Source of the DNA: Candidatus Nanohalarchaeota archaeon | GTDB lineage: Archaea > Nanohalarchaeota > Nanosalinia > Nanosalinales > Nanoanaerosalinaceae | Direction: 5' to 3' | Length of the DNA stretch: 51,665 bases | NCBI GenBank assembly: GCA_022729255.1 | Contig: JALDAG010000003.1 | Coordinates: 1 to 51,665 of the forward strand | Shown here: positions 18,561 to 28,417 of the stretch, piece by piece | How the letters are laid out: the number at the start of each line of letters is the position of its first letter | Position numbering within the stretch: position 1 is the first letter of the stretch | Position numbers and translations under genes: made by a program | The notes under the pieces: model-generated | The model's database searches: none | Told to the model about the DNA's origin: nothing | Seen by the model: the letters and a program-made list of their open reading frames with translations, nothing else

Positions 18561-19460
18561 TTATATCTTCCCTTCGTCGTGCATCTTTAATATCGCTGCG
18601 TTTCCAAGCCATGTGATAGGCATATCGATTGCTAATCCCATTATCATAACCGCTGCTATCTGATCCAAAACAGGAGAAGTTGATACTAGTAAAAGGATGG
18701 TGAACGCGACTATTCCTCCTGAAGACATGGTTGTACCTGTTGCTATCGAATCCCTGATTCTTTCTTTCAGACTTCCCTCTCTCTGTTTTAACACCCTTGT
18801 AGATAGAACTATGTCGGTGTCTACTGAATAACCTATAAGCATTAAAAGAGCAGCAAGAGATCCTAAAGTTAGGTTAATACCTATTACATTCATGCCAGCC
18901 ATTGCAAACATTATCACAGAAACAGCTGATAAAATAACCGCTATAGAAGGCACAAAAGACCTAAAAGCAACGAAAATAGCTGTAGACATAATTAAAAACG
19001 CAATGACAACAGCTAACTGTGCTTCAAACAAAAATCCTTCTGAAACCGCAGCCCCCATCGTACTGATACTTATATCTTCAAAATCCTCTATCCCTGCACC
19101 TAAAAGGATTTCTTCTATCTCTGAACGGCTTTCGATCTCTGTCTGTGTCTCCAATAAAATCCATCTCTGCTCTCCTCTTGACAACTGTCGCACATTCAAA
19201 TTTTCAAGTTCTCCTTCAAGAGACTCCGATATCATATCTATTGAAACGTCATCAGGAGCTCTGAACTGCACCTCAGTTCCTCCTGTAAACTCTATTCCCA
19301 AACTCACAACATAACCTGTATTTGCATAGGTTATTCCTAAAACAGTAACAGAGAAAACAATTATCGCTAACGGAACTAACATCCATTTTGTGGAGTTATC
19401 AAATATATTGCTGGTTCCCTGTTCAAATTTTTCATTGATTTTTTCCCTAAGTTCGGACAT
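18561..19460 (-). CDS. secF: Protein translocase subunit SecF
   Basis: GIEFTGG, LLMLIGYSVDTDI. Confidence 0.95.
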   Translation of the reverse strand: MSELREKINEKFEQGTSNIFDNSTKWMLVPLAIIVFSVTVLGITYANTGYVVSLGIEFTGGTEVQFRAPDDVSIDMISESLEGELENLNVRQLSRGEQRWILLETQTEIESRSEIEEILLGAGIEDFEDISISTMGAAVSEGFLFEAQLAVVIAFLIMSTAIFVAFRSFVPSIAVILSAVSVIMFAMAGMNVIGINLTLGSLAALLMLIGYSVDTDIVLSTRVLKQREGSLKERIRDSIATGTTMSSGGIVAFTILLLVSTSPVLDQIAAVMIMGLAIDMPITWLGNAAILKMHDEGKI

Positions 19461-19515
19461 ACAGTTAAAGAGATTGGTTAACTATTTTAAATCTAACTTG
19501 TTAACCCTAAATTTA

Positions 19516-22206
19516 ATGGGTAAAATAGACAAAGGCATAGATTTTTTTAGAAATAATCTTGAACCTAAAAAGGCGGTTTATGGAATAATTCTTTTTGCAA
19601 TATTTATTCTTGCTCTATGGGTAAGGTTCATCCCTGTCGAAAATATGGAATATATACAAGCTCTAGATCCTTACATGATAACCAGGATGTCCGCTTCAAT
19701 AGCTGAATCAGGTAGCTTACCAGCTGTAGATGTTTTAAGATATTTCCCTTATTTTAATCCAACTTACATGATAAATGAAGGAACTGTTGTTATACCGGCA
19801 TTAATGTTTCAGGTCGCAAGACAGTTCGGAACAGACTTTCTAACATGGGCCCAGTTTTATCCCGCATTGATGGGGGCTTTAGCAGTTATTCCTTTATATT
19901 TCGTAGGAAAAAAGATGTTTGATAAGAAGGCAGGATTGTTCGCGGCTTTCTTCCTTGCAACGTCTGTAGCGGTTATGCACAGGTCTTCAGCAGGCTGGTT
20001 CGGTAAAGAACCTCCAGCTATGTTTTTGATGATCACATCAATATACTTTTTCTTTAAAGCCTGGGATGAAAACAAGTGGTGGCCGGGCATAGTTTCAGGT
20101 GTTTTATTAGGTATTTCAGGAACAGCATGGGGAGGAACAAGGTTTCTGTATATGCTTTACCCTATCACAGTTATAGGATTTGTTGCGTTATTACCTATCG
20201 TAGGTTCTGTTTTTGTCGCTATATTTGATGGCGAAATGAAAAAGTTAGAGGTTGACAGAGTTTTCAAGGCATTCGCGCCGGTTGCATTGTTAGGTACTCC
20301 TATAACGATCATTCTTGATGGTTCTGCCAACACCCTAAGTTTTCCCAATACATACACCTATTTCCACCTTGCTGTTCTTGGTTTTCTAACAGCCAGATAC
20401 TTTATTGAAAAGTTCGAGTTAGTATCGGAGGACAACGTACCTTATATATCGCATTCTCTGGTATTGATAGGAGGATTAGCTTTGTTATTATCTCCTATTT
20501 ATTCTCAGACAGTTGCGGACACAACATCCTCCGTTATTAGAAACGCTTTACAGGATTCAACAGGGGTGATAGGAGGTACTGTGGCAGAAAACACGCCTTC
20601 CACGATCGACGAGGTTGTAGTTCAACTTGGAGCTTCAATGAGTGGAGAAACATTCCCTATGTTAGAGAACTTCGCTGACTATTTAAGCGGATGGACTTTT
20701 GGATTAATAGGGTTTGGAATCCTTTCCGTGTTTTTAATCTGTGTTTTCCTAAGGCATTACTTTGATTTGGAAGAAGTGAGTAAGAACATAGTTGTTGGAG
20801 GCGTTTCAATAGCTGTTTCAGCGATATCTTATATTACATATTACGGTTTGGCTGGAGAAGGAATAACCGGGTTTGTACCTGCCATTGTTTTAACCACTAT
20901 TACTACGTCAGCTGTTTTTTCATACGATTCATTCACAAAAAAAGATTTTGAGCAGTGGAAAGTAGTTGTTTTACTGTTTTGGTTGCTGTTTTTCATCCTC
21001 TCCATTTATATCAGTGAATTACTACTTATAGCCGTTCTAGGTGCTTTGCAAGGAGTTTTCTTAGTTTTCCAGGGAGGAGAAAAGATTTCTGTAGAGTTTG
21101 AATGGTCGTACCTTATAATCGTGGTGTGGATTACTTCAACGATCTATGGTGCAACGAGAAGATCGAGACTTTTCATACTTACAGGCGCCCCGGTAGCTTT
21201 GTTCGCAGGATTAGGGGTTTCCAAATCATTGGATTACGTCAAGAGCTGCAATTTATGGGAAACACTGTCTGAAAAAATAAATAATGACGTTGTGGTGCCG
21301 GCATTAACATTAGGGCTAACAATTATTTTACTGGTTGCTATGGTGACTGTGAATGTTGCAGCGGTTAACGTGAGAGCTAATCAGTTAGGAGGATCTCCAG
21401 AACAACCGTGGTACGAGGCTTTTGAGTACATGAGAGAAGAAACTCCGGAAGGATCTGTGATGCTTTCATGGTGGGACTATGGTTACTGGACTCAATCCAT
21501 AGGAGAAAGACCTACGATAGCGGATGGAGGAAACCACGGACACTACTTAAATGAAAATGTTACGGAAAGAGTTAATTATCCTATAGCAGAGTTTTTGTCG
21601 TCCAGCGAACCCGAAAACCACACTGACTGGCTTGAAATGTACGGAGCCGACTATATTTTCCTAGATAGCACCATGATAGGGAAATATTCTGCTGTATCTC
21701 AGATAGCTCGAAGATCCAACGAGGACTTTCATAGAATGCAGGAACTGAACTGCAAGTTTGATCAGAACACAGGAGCATGCAGAACTTCTCAACTTGAAGA
21801 CAATACGGTAATACATTATGATATGGGAGGAGAAATGGAACTTCTTTTACCCTTGGATATGATGGAGGAAGAACTACAGTTTACAGCCACACCAATTATG
21901 CGGTATGGTGGAGAAACAAGAGAAGTGGCTAATGTTTGTTCTGAACAAGGACTGATAAACTTTGAGGAAGGAGGGTCGACAGGAGGTTTCAACGAAGCGC
22001 TCACAGAAACATTCCAGCAAAATAGACCTTTTGGAGGATGTGTTTCCGTGCATCCATACTACGGGCCTTCAAGGCTTGTAATGGTGCCTCCCGCCATAAT
22101 GGATTCCACTCTTGTGAGGCTGTATTTGATGGATGGCGAAGACATAGATTTTGTTGAAAAAGTGTTTGATAACGGCTATGTAAAGATGTGGGAGATACAG
22201 AGGTGA
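19516..22206 (+). CDS. aglB: Oligosaccharyltransferase AglB/STT3
   Basis: ALDPY, TVAEN, SWWDYG and DSTMIGK motifs; many TM helices. ATG at 19516 avoids overlap with secF. Confidence 0.93.
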   Translation: MGKIDKGIDFFRNNLEPKKAVYGIILFAIFILALWVRFIPVENMEYIQALDPYMITRMSASIAESGSLPAVDVLRYFPYFNPTYMINEGTVVIPALMFQVARQFGTDFLTWAQFYPALMGALAVIPLYFVGKKMFDKKAGLFAAFFLATSVAVMHRSSAGWFGKEPPAMFLMITSIYFFFKAWDENKWWPGIVSGVLLGISGTAWGGTRFLYMLYPITVIGFVALLPIVGSVFVAIFDGEMKKLEVDRVFKAFAPVALLGTPITIILDGSANTLSFPNTYTYFHLAVLGFLTARYFIEKFELVSEDNVPYISHSLVLIGGLALLLSPIYSQTVADTTSSVIRNALQDSTGVIGGTVAENTPSTIDEVVVQLGASMSGETFPMLENFADYLSGWTFGLIGFGILSVFLICVFLRHYFDLEEVSKNIVVGGVSIAVSAISYITYYGLAGEGITGFVPAIVLTTITTSAVFSYDSFTKKDFEQWKVVVLLFWLLFFILSIYISELLLIAVLGALQGVFLVFQGGEKISVEFEWSYLIIVVWITSTIYGATRRSRLFILTGAPVALFAGLGVSKSLDYVKSCNLWETLSEKINNDVVVPALTLGLTIILLVAMVTVNVAAVNVRANQLGGSPEQPWYEAFEYMREETPEGSVMLSWWDYGYWTQSIGERPTIADGGNHGHYLNENVTERVNYPIAEFLSSSEPENHTDWLEMYGADYIFLDSTMIGKYSAVSQIARRSNEDFHRMQELNCKFDQNTGACRTSQLEDNTVIHYDMGGEMELLLPLDMMEEELQFTATPIMRYGGETREVANVCSEQGLINFEEGGSTGGFNEALTETFQQNRPFGGCVSVHPYYGPSRLVMVPPAIMDSTLVRLYLMDGEDIDFVEKVFDNGYVKMWEIQR

Positions 22207-22212
22207 GGCGAT

Positions 22213-23223
22213 TTGTGGACCATATTTATTTCAGTATTAGCAGGGTTCGTCACCACTCTGGTTTTGACCCCTATTTCGATTGATTTTCTAAGGTCTTCAG
22301 GGATAGTTGGAAAAGACCAGCAGAAAAAAGGCAAACCTGTTTTACCGACTTCAGGAGGCATTTCAGTTCTTTTTGGATTTATAACCTCCGTGAGCGTGTT
22401 TATAGGGTTGAGAACGTTCCTATTCCTCCCTATTGATAATTCTCTTGTTTTGGCTTCACTTTCCTCAGTTATCATAATCGGGTTAATAGGTCTGATGGAC
22501 GACATACATGTTAAGGAAAAGGCAGAGAAGGTTAAGATGGAAAGCCAATTATCCGTTGGATTCAGAAAGGGATGGGTCAAACCTTTGTTTGTTGTGCCAG
22601 CTGCACTTCCACTGATGGTCGTCAGGGCAGGACAGTCCTCCATGGTGTTGCCTTTACTTGGTTCTGTGGACTTCGGGATATTGTATCCTCTTCTACTGAT
22701 CCCTATCGGGGTAGTGTGCGTTTCCAATGGAACTAATTTGTTAGCAGGTCAAAACGGACTTGAAGCTGGTACAGGAGCTATAGCGCTTTTCTCAATAGGC
22801 GTGTTTTCTCTTATCCACAACCAATTTGAAGCCGCGGCATTGTCCCTTTCCATGTCTTTCTGTTTATTGGCCTTCTTAAAATACAACTTTTATCCCGCGA
22901 AAATACTTCCCGGTGATTCTTTGACGTTTTCCTTTGGAGCTGTCATTGTTGCTTCGGCAATAATAGGAAACGTTCAGAGGTTCGCAGTTATAGTGTTCAT
23001 TCCTTGGATAATAGAGGCTTTTCTTAAACTAAGATCGAAATTCAAGGCAAGTTCCCTTGGAAATCTTCAGGAAGACGGATCTCTAAAGTCAAAACATGAC
23101 AAGATATACTCTTTGAGCCATATTTTTATGAGGATGGAGGGCATGACAGAGAAAAAAATCGTTGTTAGCATGTATTTCGTGGAAACAGCAATCTGTCTTT
23201 TGGCTTTTATAATCTTTTTGTAA
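22213..23223 (+). CDS. Polyprenyl-phosphate HexNAc-1-phosphate transferase (GPT/AglH-like, MraY/WecA superfamily)
   Basis: PTSGG, GLMDD, NLLAGQNGLE, YPAKILPGD motifs. Confidence 0.9.
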   Translation: MWTIFISVLAGFVTTLVLTPISIDFLRSSGIVGKDQQKKGKPVLPTSGGISVLFGFITSVSVFIGLRTFLFLPIDNSLVLASLSSVIIIGLIGLMDDIHVKEKAEKVKMESQLSVGFRKGWVKPLFVVPAALPLMVVRAGQSSMVLPLLGSVDFGILYPLLLIPIGVVCVSNGTNLLAGQNGLEAGTGAIALFSIGVFSLIHNQFEAAALSLSMSFCLLAFLKYNFYPAKILPGDSLTFSFGAVIVASAIIGNVQRFAVIVFIPWIIEAFLKLRSKFKASSLGNLQEDGSLKSKHDKIYSLSHIFMRMEGMTEKKIVVSMYFVETAICLLAFIIFL

Positions 23224-23246
23224 TTCGAGATTAAAAACCAATAATT

Positions 23247-24173
23247 ATGGATAAGTCTAAAAAGGCAAGGATATTTGTCAGCACTTTAGTTATCCTGGCC
23301 GGATTTTACTATGTTTTTACCGGGGTTTCTTTTTCAGATGTTTTTCAGGAAATAGCGGGTTTGAACCCTGTTGCAATACTAGCCTTTTTTTCCGTCCAGC
23401 TTTTTATCATCCTTCTTATGAGTTATAGGTGGAAGTGTGTGATAGCTGAAAAAGGCGTTGAGCTTAAACTCTGGGATTCCTTTAGGTACTACAATATCTC
23501 GTTTTTTGTCAATTTTTTCCTTCCTGCTCGTGCTGGAGACCTTTACAGAGGTTATTTATCATCCAAAAAAGACTTTATCGATTCCTCGTTGATAGTTTTG
23601 AAGGAAAGGTTGTTTGACTTGGTAGTGTTGATGTTTTTCTTTTCTATCCTTGTAATAACGATTTTTGAAAGGTTCACGAGTTATCTGATGGTTATTTTTA
23701 TGGTTTTATCGGCAGGAATTTTTATCTACTTTTTCTTTGAAAAGATAGAGAGAACACCGTTTCTTAACGAAAAATATGTCTTGTTCAGATCTTCTTTTAT
23801 AGAAGCGGTCAGAACAAGAAGGAAGGTCTTTTATCTGTTGTTAACAGCTTTCACATGGCTGGTGGAAGTTTTAAAAACGTTCATAGTTTTTTATGGACTG
23901 GGCATAGAAGCTGATTTGTTTTTGATAGCTTTTTTCACATTTTCTTGGTCGCTTGTTGCTGCCATCCCCGTAAGCCCGTCAGGCCTAGGCTCTTCAGAAG
24001 CAGTAACCCTTTTTATTCTTTTATCTTACGGCATTCTAAGAACTGAAGCAGCATCTCTGGTTTTGATGTATAGAGGTCTTTTATTAGCGATGACACTAAT
24101 TTTTGGAGGGTTTTTCTATGTGAGAGACGTTTTGAAAAACACAGATGTGAAAAAACCCCGGGATCACTCATAA
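23247..24173 (+). CDS. UPF0104 / lysylphosphatidylglycerol synthase TM-like membrane protein (putative flippase)
   Basis: RW, FVN..LPARAGD..R, ERLFD, PSGLG..E, YR motifs. Confidence 0.85.
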   Translation: MDKSKKARIFVSTLVILAGFYYVFTGVSFSDVFQEIAGLNPVAILAFFSVQLFIILLMSYRWKCVIAEKGVELKLWDSFRYYNISFFVNFFLPARAGDLYRGYLSSKKDFIDSSLIVLKERLFDLVVLMFFFSILVITIFERFTSYLMVIFMVLSAGIFIYFFFEKIERTPFLNEKYVLFRSSFIEAVRTRRKVFYLLLTAFTWLVEVLKTFIVFYGLGIEADLFLIAFFTFSWSLVAAIPVSPSGLGSSEAVTLFILLSYGILRTEAASLVLMYRGLLLAMTLIFGGFFYVRDVLKNTDVKKPRDHS

Positions 24174-24517
24174 GGGTTTTCAAGTATGTCTACATCGTCT
24201 TTGTTGAACGGGAATATGATCTTCAACACTTCTGATACGCCGTCCTCAAGATTTTCGATCTGATGAGGCAGGTTAGACTCGATGAAGTGAGATTCTCCTT
24301 CGACAAGCTCGTAAAAATCATCGTCAGATCTCAAATTAATAGCTCCTTTCAAAACATAAAGGATTACGTTAGCCTTTCTGTGTCTTTCAAGCTCTGTCAT
24401 CTCCCCTAGTTCCACAATAGATTTCTTTATCACGAGGTTCCCGTATTTTTCCTCGTTTTTTATGTCGGTGTTTATTATGAATTCTTCCGCACCCCAAGGA
24501 GTGTCTTTTTGACTCAT
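24164..24517 (-). CDS. Cupin-domain protein (mannose-6-phosphate isomerase type II C-terminal-like)
   Basis: PWG, H....ILYVLKG, GESHFI....PHQIEN. Confidence 0.8.
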   Translation of the reverse strand: MSQKDTPWGAEEFIINTDIKNEEKYGNLVIKKSIVELGEMTELERHRKANVILYVLKGAINLRSDDDFYELVEGESHFIESNLPHQIENLEDGVSEVLKIIFPFNKDDVDILENPYE

Positions 24518-24551
24518 AAAGAAAAGTTAAGTTCAACGATTTTAACTCTTA

Positions 24552-25928
24552 CTAAAGGTATGAAAACTTCGACATGCTCTCGTTGTGGAAACCTTTTCTA
24601 TCGCTTGTCCACTCAAAAAGATCTCTGTCGTACATCTTAATAAGGAAATTGATTATTTTGGTGCCCACTTCTGAACCATAAAGCTTTTCACCGTTTTTCA
24701 TCCTTTTTATCAGTTCTTCGTTTTCATACACGTGTTCAACCATCATTCTAACAAACTTTCCTGAAACAGGAGGAACCAATATATTGGTATTAGCCTTGAA
24801 AACAGTTTCAGGTCTGTCCGTATTGAATCTAACTGTCATACAGATCGTTTCCTCAATATGGTTCAGTTCTTCCTGCATGCTGCCTGAGTCAGTAAGAGCG
24901 GCAAAGCACTTGCCTGATTTAAAGAATTCGTATACATGAGCATGTTTTTTCCAAAGTCCAGTGAATAAAAAGTTTTCATGGTTTTTTTCAAGCCTTTTAA
25001 TTTTCTTTCTAAGGTCATAAGCGTCCAATGCTTTTTTTGTAGCGTTCATCTCAACAAAGTTCACGTTGAAACCGCTCTCAACCAGCTCAATTACACCTTC
25101 TATTATTGCGGAAAACCTTCCGGGCTGCAGGTTCGCTCTTCTGTGTATGTCAACACGTATCCAGTCATCTCTTTTTTCGAGTTCGGGGTATACATCAAAA
25201 ACAGATTCTTCAGAAGGAGCCATGGTTTTCATCTGTATAGCGTCAACAACCGAGTTTCCCACGACCTCCATGTTTTTTCTTCCACCGGATTCTTCGTGGT
25301 AGCCTTCCCTTAAAAGGTGTTGCTTGTTTGTTTCAGTTGGAGGAAAAAGATACTGAGACCCCGCCGAACCGATGAAAGTATTGTACTGCTCTGGAAAAGG
25401 CTCATTTCTTTCTATATTCCATTCTCCGTTAAACTGTTCATTTATGAAATCGTTTATAGGGTAAAAATCAGTTGTTTTTGGAGCCATACCTCTCAATCCT
25501 GCCTCGTTGTGAGCTGATTTCTGATTAGTTGCAAACATCCAGGCCTGAGGAACTATTCCTGCTGCTAATGTGTCTCCATGAACTATAGGAAGGACTTTTT
25601 TGCCCTCATATTTTTTCAGATGCTCTGCGAGTTTCTTAGTTTTTGTCATTATCTCTGCGGTTTTCTGGCTTAAACCACCTCTAATATTCAGATTAGCTCC
25701 TAAATTATCATTAAGACCGTATTCCTCCATTCCGTGACTTAAAAGTTCGTCGTAATGCTGCCCCGTGTGTATGACAAAAGAAGGAACATCAAAGTTTTTC
25801 GCTGCTTCCATCAAAGGAGCTTGTTTGTAGAAGTCAGGTTTTGTAGATGTTACAATCGCTAAAACAAAATCTCCTTTTTCCATCTGTCTACTGATAAATT
25901 CTTCATGTATCTCCATTCCTTTTTCCAT
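24552..25928 (-). CDS. wecB: UDP-N-acetylglucosamine 2-epimerase family protein
   Basis: TKPDFYK, HTGQHYD, VHGDT, HNEAGLR, FPEQ, TDSGSMQEE, TDRPET. Confidence 0.88.
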   Translation of the reverse strand: MEKGMEIHEEFISRQMEKGDFVLAIVTSTKPDFYKQAPLMEAAKNFDVPSFVIHTGQHYDELLSHGMEEYGLNDNLGANLNIRGGLSQKTAEIMTKTKKLAEHLKKYEGKKVLPIVHGDTLAAGIVPQAWMFATNQKSAHNEAGLRGMAPKTTDFYPINDFINEQFNGEWNIERNEPFPEQYNTFIGSAGSQYLFPPTETNKQHLLREGYHEESGGRKNMEVVGNSVVDAIQMKTMAPSEESVFDVYPELEKRDDWIRVDIHRRANLQPGRFSAIIEGVIELVESGFNVNFVEMNATKKALDAYDLRKKIKRLEKNHENFLFTGLWKKHAHVYEFFKSGKCFAALTDSGSMQEELNHIEETICMTVRFNTDRPETVFKANTNILVPPVSGKFVRMMVEHVYENEELIKRMKNGEKLYGSEVGTKIINFLIKMYDRDLFEWTSDRKGFHNESMSKFSYL

Positions 25929-25936
25929 TTTACCAC

Positions 25937-26704
25937 TCAGTTGCCTAAATCTTTCCAGTCTCCCTCGTAAAGATATCCTTTTAGAAGATCTTTTTCGGAG
26001 AGTTCCTCGAAAATCGTTTCGATAGCCACTTTTTCGGTTTTTTTATCCTCGATTCTCCTAATGATGGACGGTTCTATGAGATAGAAACCCGCATTTATCA
26101 GCTTTGTGGATGCTTCTTCTGGTTTTTCTTTGAAACCCACTACTTTGTTTCCCTTCATGTTAACTACTCCGTAGCTTGAAGTATCATCTATTGTAGTTAA
26201 CGCCATTGTAGCTTCAGGGTGGTTCTTCCTGTGTATTTTAAGCATGTCCTCGACATCTATATGGCAAATAACATCGCCGTTCGTGAGAATAAAAGTGTCT
26301 TTTAAATGTTCTCCGAGCTTTCTAAGGCAGCCAGCAGTCCCCAGAGGCTCATCCTCAACCGAGTAACGGATATCTAATTTGAATTTGCTTTCATCTATGT
26401 TCTCACTCATCTTTTCGGCGTCCTGATTGGTTGCGATGTAAACCGTTTCAACACCGTATTTTTCCAGATGCCTAAGTTTTTCTTCGATTATCTTGGTGTT
26501 ATCGAATTTTTTGATGCATGCAGGCGTTTCCTCACTCCCTCCACAAAGAATAACTGCTTTTTCAACCATTTTGCTTTTGAAGTGTTTTTTTAGGAAAGTC
26601 TCAATCGCTCTGGATCGGTTATCCATCTTTTTCTTCTCTTTCTCTCTGTCTATTCTGTCTACAAGATCCTCATCCAGAGTTAGGGAAATCCTTTTTCTTG
26701 CCAT
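25937..26704 (-). CDS. Ribbon-helix-helix domain fused to a sugar-phosphate nucleotidyltransferase-like domain
   Basis: N-term RKRISLTLDEDLVDRID...NRSRAIE; then KAVILCGG, EDEPLGTAG, NGD, FKEKP, INAGFY, WKDLG. Confidence 0.88.
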   Translation of the reverse strand: MARKRISLTLDEDLVDRIDREKEKKKMDNRSRAIETFLKKHFKSKMVEKAVILCGGSEETPACIKKFDNTKIIEEKLRHLEKYGVETVYIATNQDAEKMSENIDESKFKLDIRYSVEDEPLGTAGCLRKLGEHLKDTFILTNGDVICHIDVEDMLKIHRKNHPEATMALTTIDDTSSYGVVNMKGNKVVGFKEKPEEASTKLINAGFYLIEPSIIRRIEDKKTEKVAIETIFEELSEKDLLKGYLYEGDWKDLGN

Positions 26705-26745
26705 TATTATCAAGTAATAAGAATAGAGGATTTTAATAGATTAAG

Positions 26746-26763
26746 GTATTACAATCATAATAC
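26746..26763. promoter_or_regulatory. Candidate operator GTATTA-N6-TAATAC between divergent genes
   Basis: Inverted repeat between two TATA-like boxes, upstream of the RHH fusion gene. Confidence 0.35.
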
Positions 26764-26796
26764 TAAAGAAAGTTTTTAAATGAGGGAATTTCTTCA

Positions 26797-27870
26797 ATGA
26801 ACCGAGAAAAAGCGTTATTCATAAACCATATACATACCGAAGAATCTGATAAAAGGATGTCTGAAAATACAGGTATATGGAACTATGGAGACTTTAATCA
26901 TTCCGCAGACCCTCTTAAAATAATTGAAAAGCTTCCGGAAAATATAGATGTGGTTTTCAACCTTACAGAGCACTGGAAAAGCAGCATTGAAAAATACAAA
27001 AAAATGGAGGAAAGGATTAAAGAGAAGGGAGGGTCGTTCGAGTTCTATGACAGGCACGTCACCTTAGAATTAGACGGGAAAAGAGCGGTTATTATAAACT
27101 CTGTAGAGTTATCCGTGGAGAACAACAACTTTCACTTTATGCTGTGCGGAATGCCCTTAAAAGAGGACAAAAACTTTTTCCAGCTATCCTTTGAAGAACT
27201 TATGCAAGAAGCGGAAAAAGCAGAGTTCGCGGCCCCTGCGCATCCCTTCACACCTCACTATAAAATCCCTGATGAAATGCTTAACAAGTTTTATAGAGAG
27301 TCAAAAAATAGAGGTATTCCGACATTTATAGGGTTTTCATGCGGTTATACCAAGTTTTTTAACAGGTTGTCACATGGAAAATACAGGAGAACCCACGATT
27401 TTATCAACGGAACGATTAAAATGAGGTTCAAAGAGGTTTTTAACGGCTTGAATCCTAATAAAAAACCTGAAAACTTGATTTCGTTATCAGAAAAGTACGA
27501 AGTACCCATAGTTTCTGAAATGGATGTTCACAGCATATTGCCTGAAAAATTGAATGGAGCAGGAGTTATAGGAAAAGAGGTCATTGACGAACTTTTTGAA
27601 GGTGAGATAAACCCTGAGAAAATTTTGAACGATGAAATACTTTTATGGGAAAATGTTAGAGAAGGATTGACTTGGAAACAGTTTTTTGAAACATTTCCTG
27701 GAATTCTGCCTTTTTACCAGAACAATATTTACAGACGTTTTCTACCTTACACTAGAGAGGAGTTTAGGAAAAAGTTCTATGACTCCTGTGAATCCCTTGA
27801 GAACATTTCTTCCGAGAAGATAATCGAAAATTCCAGGGAATCTCACCGTCTTCTGGAAAAAATTCTCTGA
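26797..27870 (+). CDS. PHP-like metal-dependent phosphoesterase
   Basis: HIHT..SD, LTEH, VELS, HF, PAHPF and SEMDVH occur in PHP motif order. Confidence 0.65.
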   Translation: MNREKALFINHIHTEESDKRMSENTGIWNYGDFNHSADPLKIIEKLPENIDVVFNLTEHWKSSIEKYKKMEERIKEKGGSFEFYDRHVTLELDGKRAVIINSVELSVENNNFHFMLCGMPLKEDKNFFQLSFEELMQEAEKAEFAAPAHPFTPHYKIPDEMLNKFYRESKNRGIPTFIGFSCGYTKFFNRLSHGKYRRTHDFINGTIKMRFKEVFNGLNPNKKPENLISLSEKYEVPIVSEMDVHSILPEKLNGAGVIGKEVIDELFEGEINPEKILNDEILLWENVREGLTWKQFFETFPGILPFYQNNIYRRFLPYTREEFRKKFYDSCESLENISSEKIIENSRESHRLLEKIL

Positions 27871-27899
27871 ACTGATTTATCAATTTTTGTACCAAATCT

Positions 27900-28337
27900 T
27901 TGTTAGTGAAACCCGAAAAAATTTTTGAGAAGATAGAAAAAGGAGATCACGTCCTTTTTAACGATAAGAAAAAACCGCTCAAGGTTTTGGAAAAATCAGG
28001 GAAAAAAGCGTTGTTGGAAGGCCCTAGAGGAGGCATTTACCAGATATTTATGTCCGAAAGAGGTTTGATGGCTTCAAAAAAAGGTTCTAGAAGGTTTTCA
28101 AAGGACGTGAAAGAGCTGAGAAAAACAGGAAGGTGGGATAAAACTTCAGAAAACCGTTGGAAACATACGGGTACAGAAGCTTCAATCGAACTTGTTAAAA
28201 GAGAAACAGGTTTTTGGGATGTAGAAGTTGTCGGGTTTAAACCGAACATAGAGCTCCCGGGATACGGTTTTACCGACAAGAAGTTTGCATTGGAAGAGAT
28301 CGACAATATAATAAGCAAACATCCGGAAGGGAAGTAA
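27900..28337 (+). CDS. Hypothetical protein
   Basis: 145-aa ORF, TTG start, same strand and coding-like composition as neighbours. Confidence 0.7.
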   Translation: MLVKPEKIFEKIEKGDHVLFNDKKKPLKVLEKSGKKALLEGPRGGIYQIFMSERGLMASKKGSRRFSKDVKELRKTGRWDKTSENRWKHTGTEASIELVKRETGFWDVEVVGFKPNIELPGYGFTDKKFALEEIDNIISKHPEGK

Positions 28338-28417
28338 TTCTTTCCACTTGTTAACCCTTTTTCATGTTCGGGTGAAAAACTTAAAGATTGGCAGTTAATA
28401 TAGAAAAGTTGATAATT

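Noticed and set aside
19390-19515. N-terminal extensions of aglB (from 19390) and aldolase (from 42323)
   Set aside because: They overlap secF and the initiator tRNA respectively; downstream ATGs fit better.
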